From an uncultured Methanosarcinales archaeon (GTDB lineage Archaea > Nanobdellota > Nanobdellia > Woesearchaeales > CAZYIM01), in assembly GCA_964647565.1 (NCBI GenBank), contig CAZYIM010000004.1, positions 44,322 through 98,303 on the forward strand: a stretch of DNA of 53,982 nucleotides. Reading direction: 5' to 3'. Both the position numbers and the translations under genes were made by a program. The notes below the pieces were generated by a model. The model was not told where the DNA came from. It searched no databases and saw only the letters and a list, made by a program, of their open reading frames with translations. Below are positions 27,913 to 37,700 of the stretch, in pieces (positions within the stretch are counted from its first letter, which is position 1; every line of letters starts with the position of its first letter).

Positions 27913-28223
27913 GCACGCCCAAGGGTGGACACAGAGCAAAGCAGACAGTGATCTTGACTCTTCCTCAATCCCGCTACCCCCAAAGCACCGGTGTTAATAT
28001 TTAGAGCTGCTTCATTCCTGATCTCTTGAGTGCGTTAGCGCGAAAGATTCAGTGAATCTCTGATTCTAACGCATGACTCAGTTCATAAAAACTCCGACCA
28101 ATGAGGACAGGACGTCGTAGTCCAAGCCAAGGCCGTATACCCTGACCATGCCGCCCCTTAGGCTTCGACCCACCCGTGAGGTCCGTTTGATGTTACAGGG
28201 TAGGACCAGTACCCCGGTCTAGC
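27913..28223 (-). ncRNA. ffs: Signal recognition particle (7S) RNA, interrupted by a 50-nt BHB intron
   Basis: Archaeal 5' GCTAGACCGGGG...CCCTGTAAC Alu motif, GTCGAAGCC.AAGGGGCGG paired with 3' CCACCCTTGGGCGTGC, helix 8 TCAGGAATGAAGCAGC; TATA TTTATAAA upstream, U-tract downstream. Confidence 0.92.
28025..28074 (-). other. Putative archaeal BHB intron within SRP RNA helix 8
   Basis: TGAG/CTCA central helix, 3-nt bulges TC^A and AG^A, intron helix TGCGTTAG/CTAACGCA. Confidence 0.8.
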
Positions 28224-28277
28224 AATCTAAGGAAGATTTTGGTGTTTATAAAGGTTTTTCTGAAGCTAGCTCCTAAA

Positions 28278-28383
28278 GCTTTTATTTGGTGGCTTTTGTC
28301 TGTTTCTTTTATCGCGTGTTTTTCCGATTTATTATGATCTCTAGCCACTATCTTGGACTCCGCATGGCGCCAATAATAAAAAC
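28278..28383 (-). ncRNA. Candidate structured small RNA, element C (divergent relative of A and B)
   Basis: TTTTATT..TTGG/CCAAATAAAA terminal stem, GTGGCT/AGCCAC, internal AATCGG...CGAT; own TATA (TATATAAA about 28404-28411). Confidence 0.35.
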
Positions 28384-28449
28384 TGTCATTCTCTCTCGAA
28401 AGATTTATATATCTTTATGTGTAAAATTCAGTTAAAAAAGAGGGTTTGT

Positions 28450-29151
28450 ATGAAAAAGAGTGAGAGGGAGTTAGTAGATTACATTAGAGACCAGCTTCAT
28501 AAAGGAATAAGTCGTAAACAGGTTCGTGCTGTTTTATTGAGGGTAGGACATAGTGTTGACTCTATCAATGTAGCTCTTGATAAGATACATGCCGCAGAAA
28601 AGAAAAACAATATTCTGTTTGGTGCTATTGCGGCTGTCGCTCTCTTAATGGTCTTGGGTTGGATATTCTTTGGTTTTATAGCTTCACAACCCACATATCT
28701 TTTAGAGAAACCCTCTTTAAGAGACAGAATAAATGCTTCTGGAGATGACGTGAATATTGATAAAGGCATGCAGGAAGCTGCTCTTGAATCTGGAGATGTT
28801 GAGCTTTGTGAGGGTGCGGGAACATATAGAGATAATTGTGTAATATCTGTGAGCGTCGATACTCAAGATGAGGATACATGTAAACTTTTAGAAGATAATA
28901 ATCTTCGGGCAACCTGTTACTACAAGATTGCTATTTCACTAAAAACTATCTCTCTATGTTCATTGAGCGGTAAATTTGAGGAGCAATGCATGAGTGAGAT
29001 CGCTTTGTTGACTTATAATCCTGAGATCTGCAGCAAGTTGACAGAAAAGAAGGATTCCTGTTTTAACATGCTTGCTTTGTTGACCAAGAACAAGGCCTTG
29101 TGTGAGCAGGCAGGACAATTTAAGCATAATTGCGTTAGGATGATAGGATGA
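28450..29151 (+). CDS. Single-TM protein: cytoplasmic helical domain plus extracellular Cys-rich helical repeats
   Basis: YIRDQLHKGISRKQVRAVLLRVGH, TM, repeated C-x(7-10)-C units; paralogous to 31316-31786. Confidence 0.75.
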   Translation: MKKSERELVDYIRDQLHKGISRKQVRAVLLRVGHSVDSINVALDKIHAAEKKNNILFGAIAAVALLMVLGWIFFGFIASQPTYLLEKPSLRDRINASGDDVNIDKGMQEAALESGDVELCEGAGTYRDNCVISVSVDTQDEDTCKLLEDNNLRATCYYKIAISLKTISLCSLSGKFEEQCMSEIALLTYNPEICSKLTEKKDSCFNMLALLTKNKALCEQAGQFKHNCVRMIG

Positions 29152-31304
29152 GAAGAATAGTTGTTTTGACAATTTGGGTTTTACTGTTTATAGTTCTTTG
29201 TCAATTTAGCTTGGGTTCTTATATGCTAAAGATTGACTCTCAAGGAAGACGAAATATTACTTTTGACTTTAGCCAAAAAACCATGTACAACTTCTCTTTT
29301 ACTTTCTATAACATCTCAAATTTTAGTACAGGTCCAATAATCCGATCTGAAATGTCTATTGCGCCAAGCCCTTATCCTGGAGGCCGTGAGAACTTTAGTT
29401 TAGTGATTGCTAGTGATATCTCTGCCAGCATGCTTGACTGCATCCTTGGTGCGGGGGATATGGACTGCATGAATCCAGGATCTTCACTGCCTTATGTTTA
29501 CGAGAACTGCCAGTTCCTTCCAGATGAGACTTCATGTGCAGGTATTGATCCGGATACAGGATATTGTTATAATTATACATCTGGTTTATTGCATTTTGAG
29601 TATAACTATTCGCCCATAGTCAGTTCTACATATTCAAACTGTGAGATCGCATCTGACTGTTCGATTCTTGGTAAGGTTCCAGTTGACTATCTTGGCAGCC
29701 ATTTCTATTCAGATGTTTGTCCTATAAACTATACTACCAAACCAGGCGAATTCTCACAACCCTATAATTGTGAGCTTATAGTTGATGACAATGTTGAGTG
29801 CACTGATTTAGGAAAATCAGAATATAACATCTATGAAAATAGGTCTGCATCAGGAATCTGGATTGAAGATGTACAGCAGAGTGTTTTTAGCAACTGGATT
29901 AAAGAATGTTGTATTGTAAATCAGAGTTGCTATTCCCAGTTAGATTGCTGCAATGAACAGTTTGTTTGCGAAGTGAACAGGTCTCAGGGCAGATATCTTC
30001 CAGGAGGCTGCACTTCGACAACCGGCAATCCACCAGCGTATCCCAACTGCAATACACAGACCTTTTGCGAAGCTAGACAAGATTCCTTTATCTTCAGTTG
30101 TGATTCTGTCAGAGATCTTACTGGGAAGGATATAGCCAAGAATTTGGTGGAAGATATATACAATGCATCCCTAGATCAGCACATTGGCATTTTGGAATTT
30201 AATGATGATGCAAATGTTCTCCAGGGCTTTGTTGAGCTGAACCGATCAACTAAAGTTACTAACTTGCATGATCTTATAGATACTCTTGCACCTGAGAAAA
30301 ACACATGCTTGTCGTGTGCAATAAGATCTGCACTAGATAATTTTGCAGCTCAACCGTCTGATCCCTGGGCCTGGCTGGATTGTGATTGTTCGGATTATTG
30401 GGTCGATGCTGGTTGCGATGGCGGATGTGGCAATGGCTACAGAAGAGAGAGATGCTCTATCTATGGATGCACTACGCAATACGATTGCATACAGGATGCT
30501 GCTTGTTTGGATTGTGATTGTACGGGTCAATGGACTGATGATGTGTGTGGAGATGGAACTAATGGTTGTGCTGTTGGAGAAAGGATCCAGAATTGTGACA
30601 TAAATGGCTGTACTTCTCAAACCCAGTGTGTGACAGATTCATCATGTGCACCTGCTTGTAGTTGCTCAGGATGGTCTGATCTTAGTTGTGGAGCTCATAA
30701 TACATGTCATGCTTCTGAGATGTACCAGACTAGAACCTGCAATCCTGCAGGATGTAATACTTCTGTAAGATGTCAGGATACCGCGAGTTGTGCAACACCT
30801 TGTGAGCAGAACTTGTTTACGTTTGATTATAGGTATCCTCAATCAGGTGGATATGGTCGTCAATATACATCTTTTAGAGATCCTTATCACAATATATTGG
30901 GCGGAGCTTGTATAATTCCTACAGGCATTGTTCCTCCAGGCGCCCCTGCTGGAACGGGAGGTTGTTGGGTTAATGATCACAAGTTTGTGTGGATCAAGAT
31001 ACATAATCCTCGTGGCCTGTATAATGCAGGATTCCAGTTTTATGGATATTTTGATGGAGAATCTGGTGAAGACCTTAGGATAATAGTTAACAATGATAGA
31101 TCATCAGCACCCTATAGAGATGCAAATCTCCCTATCCAAACAGGATGGAACTGGATAAATATGGGCAGATTCATGTTACAGCCAGGAGTAAACTATATTG
31201 GGATGACTAATCCTTTGTATGAGCAAGAAATGGCTGATGGGCAGGATGATGATTTGGACGGTACAAGTGTTCACTTTGGATATTTCATATTTACATGTAA
31301 TTAA
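29148..31304 (+). CDS. Secreted Cys-rich surface protein carrying the N-terminal part of a vWA domain
   Basis: Signal peptide, LVIASDISASM (MIDAS DxSxS), IGILEFND, NTCLSCAIRSALDNF, TSP1-like Cys repeats, C-terminal jelly-roll-like region. Confidence 0.75.
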   Translation: MRRIVVLTIWVLLFIVLCQFSLGSYMLKIDSQGRRNITFDFSQKTMYNFSFTFYNISNFSTGPIIRSEMSIAPSPYPGGRENFSLVIASDISASMLDCILGAGDMDCMNPGSSLPYVYENCQFLPDETSCAGIDPDTGYCYNYTSGLLHFEYNYSPIVSSTYSNCEIASDCSILGKVPVDYLGSHFYSDVCPINYTTKPGEFSQPYNCELIVDDNVECTDLGKSEYNIYENRSASGIWIEDVQQSVFSNWIKECCIVNQSCYSQLDCCNEQFVCEVNRSQGRYLPGGCTSTTGNPPAYPNCNTQTFCEARQDSFIFSCDSVRDLTGKDIAKNLVEDIYNASLDQHIGILEFNDDANVLQGFVELNRSTKVTNLHDLIDTLAPEKNTCLSCAIRSALDNFAAQPSDPWAWLDCDCSDYWVDAGCDGGCGNGYRRERCSIYGCTTQYDCIQDAACLDCDCTGQWTDDVCGDGTNGCAVGERIQNCDINGCTSQTQCVTDSSCAPACSCSGWSDLSCGAHNTCHASEMYQTRTCNPAGCNTSVRCQDTASCATPCEQNLFTFDYRYPQSGGYGRQYTSFRDPYHNILGGACIIPTGIVPPGAPAGTGGCWVNDHKFVWIKIHNPRGLYNAGFQFYGYFDGESGEDLRIIVNNDRSSAPYRDANLPIQTGWNWINMGRFMLQPGVNYIGMTNPLYEQEMADGQDDDLDGTSVHFGYFIFTCN

Positions 31305-31315
31305 TAGGAGTTAAA

Positions 31316-31786
31316 ATGCCAGAAGAAGCTTTAAACTATATCAAGCGGAACCTTAAGAAAGGTCACTCTGAAGCTAGGATAAAGAAGGCCTTGACCAAGG
31401 CAGGGCACTCAGATAAGGATATTCAATATTATTTTAAGAAGCATCGTTCTACAAAGAAGCATAAACAAGCAACCTTTGTTGTTTTCTGTACCATCCTCGC
31501 CATTATAGGTATTGTTTTGATAGCGATAGGTGTAAGCCTGGTTGTAAAGAGGGAAACTCGACAGAGCACGCCAGAACTGCCAGTGATTCAGGAAGATCCT
31601 CAGGCTAATGATTTGATCGGTGGGCAGTTGCAAGTTACAAAAGCACAGTATAATGATTATTATAATACCTTAAACACAGCAGCCATACAAGAAGACATAT
31701 CTCTCTGTAATCGACTTACCATAGAATCTCTACATGAGAAATGCTTGGAGCTTTATCCTATAAAATTAGCAGAAATAAAAAGATGA
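31316..31786 (+). CDS. Single-TM protein, paralog of 28450-29151
   Basis: YIKRNLKKGHSEARIKKALTKAGH, TM, one Cys pair; ATGA overlap with the giant gene. Confidence 0.75.
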   Translation: MPEEALNYIKRNLKKGHSEARIKKALTKAGHSDKDIQYYFKKHRSTKKHKQATFVVFCTILAIIGIVLIAIGVSLVVKRETRQSTPELPVIQEDPQANDLIGGQLQVTKAQYNDYYNTLNTAAIQEDISLCNRLTIESLHEKCLELYPIKLAEIKR

Positions 31787-34700
31787 ATAAGAATACATTA
31801 TACAAAAGGTTAACAACATTATTCGTAGTTAGCTTGCTTTTAATTGTATTGTCTTATTCTGCAACTGGTGAGTATTATCCTACTATGAACACTGATGATC
31901 CTGATTGCACTGATAATTATAATGATGAGGATTGGTTGTGGGCTTGCCAGACGTTCCGATCTGGATGTAATGCTGTTTATTGTACTGATGGTAGCTGTGA
32001 TTGTAACATGGGTAATAATTGTTGTTGCACCCAGGAGATATGTACTGATAAACTGGACAATGATTGTGATGGTGGCACAGACTACTGCGATAGTGGGTGC
32101 GGTTGTCCTTTTGGAAGCGAGTTTGGATGCACAGCTTGTGCTCGATGTACTGTTGACTCGGCAACAGTAGTAGTAGGTGAGCCCGTAACCTTCACTCTTT
32201 TCATAGGTTTTGGAACTGCACCCCCTAGTTCGAGAATACAATTTGGTGATGGCGCATCTTCTGTTGGCAGTTATGGGTCTGGTTCGACTGTTGTCCATTC
32301 ATATAATAACGTTGGAACATGGGATCCCTATTTTGAGCCTGTGGTCACTTTTCAAGAAACAGGCAGCTCAATAAGCTGTCCTACAATCACAGTCGAATCA
32401 CCTGATACAACACCTCCATCTACTCCGACTGCTGTGAGTCCTTCTGGATTTACCACAGACCATACTCCTGCCTTTGATTGGACTTCTTCAACTGACGCGA
32501 GTGGAATTGATTACTATCAGGTGAGGTGGCATTCTGGATATGGTTGTTCAAATCAGATTAGTTCTGTAAATACAGCTAGCACTACCACTAGCTATACAAT
32601 AAGTACATCAATGTCAGATGGTAGCTATTCTTTTGAAGCCAGAGCAAGAGATAATGGAGGTCTTTGGAGTAGCTTTAGCAGTTGCATGGACTTTACTATA
32701 ACTACTGTTCATGACTGCAACTGGTGTATGCAGTGGAACAATGATCCTTCGAACTGTCCGTCTGGTGCATCTGAGGATTGTTGGTATTATTATTCAGACA
32801 ATTACTGTCTTAAGAAAACAATGGTCTGGGACGGCGGGAGTTGTGTCAATGCACAATCCTGTACTGATGATGAAACTCCAAATAACTTATACAGCAGGGG
32901 TAGTGCAACTGGAAATCTTGAATATAGCTTATTATCTGGGACTTATCAGGACTCTTGTTCATCTAATGGCATTGGAAGCGAACCAGACATTATACAGGCT
33001 GATTGCACCTACAGATCAGGATCAGATATAACCTTTGTAACTTATACCAACAATGATAACTGTTTTAGTTCTATAAGTTGGGATGCAAATTATGTTTGGG
33101 CGCAAGGCGCTGTATGCAGAAGTGGTGCTTGTGCAAGTTGTTATCCATCTGATGGCAGCAAGACATGCTCTAATGATGGCAATTGTAATCTTATCTCAGA
33201 CAATGTGTGGTTTAGCTATACAGTGGATGCCATGCGACCTATGAGATGCGAACCAGAAATGCAGTGTACCAATGGCCGTTGTTGTGAACTTGGCGAGGTA
33301 TGGTCTGGTTCGTCTTGTGGAACTCCGCCTCCTCCGCCTCCTCCGCCTCCCGCTGCACCGACTGTTGATTCTTTGTATTGTCCTGGGTGTTTGCCTGGAC
33401 AGTGCGAGGTTAGATTCACTGACAATTCCAACAATGAAGATGGCTTTAGATTGTATGTATCCTCTGGTCAGAACTGGGGAGATAGTCCTAATTGGGGATC
33501 TGCAGTTTTAAGAACAATCCATTTCTCTATTGGGGGAACTGGATCAACAAGTACTATGACTGATACAAGTAATAATCAACTATATCCTACAAGCTATTGC
33601 TACTGGATAGCTGCTTACAATGCTGGCGGACAGTCAGGTGTTGTACCTGCTGGCTGTGACTTCTTTTTTAATAATGTTGCCAACCTTCGCAGCACCGGCC
33701 AATCGACTAATTCATTAAATTGGGCATGGGATGCAGTAAGCGGGGCAACAGATTATCGAGTATTAAATGATTGTTATCTTGGTTTAGGTCTTCACTCAGG
33801 AACAACATGGACCATGAACCAAAATTGGGAGTGGAACGGCTTTGGTTGGTGCGGGAATAATTTATTAAACTTGGCAGATGGAACATCTTATCAAATATCC
33901 TTGATTCCTGAACGATGGGAGAGTGGCAGCCTGGTCAATAGTGGTTGCATGAGCGGATTTGCAGGGGGTACCACTGACACAGTAATTCCTGTTCCTGTAA
34001 CATCACTTACCTGTCCTACTAGTTCAGATTGGAGTGACGCAGGCCATAATACAGCTACCTTCTTAGCTACCAACAGCCCAGATGCATTTGAATGCAGTAT
34101 CGACAGTAATCCCTGGGTAGCATGTTCAAGTCCCCAGGCATATCCCTCCCTTAATAGTCCTAGTAATCCATCAATGCATTCTTTGCGTGTCCGGGCACAT
34201 AATAGCCAAGGTTGGGGTAGTGCTGCCCAATGCAGCTGGTGGATTGGTATCAGTCCGAGTGTAAATTCAATGATTGTTGAAGGTACACCAAGATCAACTA
34301 TAGTTGATGGCTCAAATGTTATCCAGAGCTATGTACCTAATAGTGATGGGACAGTTGATATCTCCTGGACTGTTTCAGATAATTCTGGAGGCCAAAGTGC
34401 CAATTCAGGAGTCCAATATGTCAGAGTTCTTAGATATAATAACCAAGGGGGTTTTCCTGGATCGCCTGATTTGGCTACAGAAACTGAAGTAACTGTTGCT
34501 ACTGCCCCTGCCAGCACTTACACCTGGTCAAGTTCTTTTACAGATGGTTCTTTGGCTTCAGGCATCTACTGGTATTCTATTGAATTAAGAGACAATGCCG
34601 ATATTGATACAACTCCATCTGTAACCTTGGCACCTATACCTGTACAAGTGACTCTTCCACTACCTCCTGTGGCTGATTTCTCATATTGTAAGCTTAGCCA

Positions 34701-37700
34701 GACTGCGACAACAGTGGACATAGAGTTTTCTGATCTTTCGACGAATACACCTACTAGCTGGGATTGGGATTTTGGTGATGGTTCGTCGCATTCTTCTTTG
34801 CAGAATCCTGTCCACACATATAACACAGGATCAGGAGGGCAGCCTGCAAACTGGTGGAATGCTTTGTGGCTATCCAGGATTAATGTCACTTTTGATATGT
34901 CTGGAATTTCTGAGAATCTAAATAATGTGCCTGTATTGGTTGAGCTTGATTCAACAAGGGTGGAGTACTCAGAGATTCTTCCTAATGGTGATGATATACG
35001 TGTTATTGATGATGACGGCACCGTACTAGATTATGAGATTGAAAAGTTCGATTCATCTGGCACAACTGTTTTATGGGTGAGGATTCCTTCAATTACAGCT
35101 TCTGAATCAGAACATGTTATTTGGATCTATTATAACAATCCTGTTGCTGGGGCGGGAGAGGACGCTCAAAATGTGTGGACAAACAACTATGTCAATGTCT
35201 GGCATTTAGGGGGTACGGGTAATGATCAGGTTTGGGAATCAGTCAGCGGTAGTTACAGAGAACCCATAGATTCAACTTGGAACTGGAACTCAATAGATGG
35301 AAAGATTGGCAATGCTCTTGAGAGGCAGTTTGTCCAGAATAGTCCTTTTAGATGCATAACTTCTGATCAACAGTCACTAGACGACTATACAATACAGTTT
35401 TGGTACAAAGGTATACCTGATGGAAATCCTGGATTTCAATACAATGGTCTGATTGTCTGGGCTACTAATTGGCAAAGCTTAGTGATTGGATCTTGGCTAC
35501 CCAATGCAAACACGCCGCATTATTTGGATTTTGTGTCTTTTAATTTTATTGGAGGATATATTCAACGTGAATTCCTTACTCCTTCAAATATTATTGGAGA
35601 CCATACATGGGATATGATGACTGTTGTAATGGATTATCAAGGTGCTCCGCCCTATGAAGATGAGACTACGGTAAGAGTGCTCAGGAACGGGCAGGCTCTC
35701 ATTAATCAAAACTCAAATTTTTATTATGATAATGCAGGTTCTGATACTGGTTTTCTTAAGTTAGGAACTTGGGGGCAGTTAGATCAGATGCATTCTTTGA
35801 TAGATGAATTCAGGATATCTAGTGTTCAAAGAAGTGATAATTGGGCTGCATTCCAATATTGTGTTATGGAGGGCGGTTGTGTCAGTTATAGTCAGAATCC
35901 TGCAAAAGCACTAACCTTAATCGCGACTAATGTTGCTGGTTCAGATAGCGAAGTAAAGCCATTTGATCCAAGTTCGGTTCAATACTGTCCTGGAGCCCAA
36001 CCTCCTGTGGCTAATTTTTCATATTGTAAGCTTAATGAGACAGGTACGACTGTTGGTATTGAATTCACTGATCTTTCAACCAGTAATCCGACTTCTTGGG
36101 ATTGGGATTTTGGGGATGGCACACCTCATTCTTCCTTGCAGAATCCAGGACATACTTTTTCTGTTAGTAGCAGTAGTGCTTTTTTTGGTGATGGTTCTGA
36201 TGGTAGTGTTGTCATAAATGGGCCTGTTAATATCAATACTCAGACGATTACAGTTAGTAGATCTGAACCTGATGGTGTTGTTTCTGTTGTTTCTGATGTT
36301 GGTGTTAATTCTGTTACTGTTGCTGATGCTAGCGGGTTTTATACTGACGATATGGTTTTGCTTATGAATTTACAGGGTACTTCTGGGGATAGTGTTAATG
36401 TTGGTAATTATGAGTTTATTCCTGTGGCTTCTGTTGTTGGTAATGTAATTACTTTTACTGCAGATATTGCTCAGACTTATGGTAGTCCTGCTTCTCAGAA
36501 TATTATTCTACAAAGAGTACCGCAATATGATGATGTGACTGTTACTGGTAGTGGTGTTTTGACTGCTAATGGTTTTGATGGTTCTACTGGTGGTGTTGTT
36601 GCTTTCTTTGCTAGTGGCACTTTAAATGTGCAATCTGGTGGCAGGATTGATGTTAGTGCTAGAGGTTTCAGAGGTGGTAGTTCGTCTGGGCCTGAAGGTC
36701 ATACTGGCAGGACCACTACTGGTGGTGGTGCTGGCGGAAGCGGTAGTGCAGGTGAGCCTAGCGGTGCTGGTTATGGAGGTGATGGCATAGCAACAGGTGG
36801 TGGTGCTGGTGGCGCAGGCGGTATTTCTGGAAATGATTGTCCTCCGAACGGTCGTGTTAACCATGCTGGCGGAAATGGAGACTCTGGCGGTGGAGATGGT
36901 GGAGATGCTGGATGTCAGAATGATCCTGGTATTCCTCCAGCTACTCCTATTTATTGGAATGGCGGATCTGGTGTAAGTGGAAGTTCAACTTCCCCTGGAA
37001 GGGGAGGTGGAGGTGGCGGAGGTGGCCCTTCAGCAGGTGGTGCTGGCGGTGGTGCAGCCCCTTTTAATTCTGAAACCAATGATGCAACTGCTACTCTCTC
37101 AAGAATAATGCTAGGCGGTGGCTCCGCAGGTGGTGCTGGCGGTGGAGGCGCAGGAGGATGCGGCCGAAGTGGTACTAATGGAGGTGCAGGCTCAGGAGGA
37201 AGTGCAGTGGGTACCCCTGGAAGCGCAGGTAGCAATTCTCCTCAATGTAATGGTCCTTTTGCAACTGCGGGGACTGTTGGAGGTAGTGGAAATGCTGGCG
37301 GTGGAATGGTCATGATTATTGCGGATACTGTTAATATCGTAGGTACTGTAAACTCTAATGGTGGACAGGGTGGTGCTGGAGGTGACGGTGGTGACGGCGG
37401 CAGTGGTGGTGGCGGAGGCATTAACAATGGCGCTGGTGCTGGAGGTGGCGGCGGTGCTGATGGTGCAGCTGGCGGAAGTATTTATATTTATGGTGATACT
37501 GTTGCTTTAGGTTCAAATGATGTTATAGCTACGGGTGGTGCTGGTGGAAGTGGTGGAACTGGCGGTAGCGATGGCAATGGTTGGAATGCTGACAGCGGTA
37601 GCGGGGGGAATGGTGGTTCTGGTTCATCAGGATCTGTTGGTAAGATTGCTGTCAAGGGCACAACTTCTGTTACTGGTAACACTAATCCCGCTTATAATGT

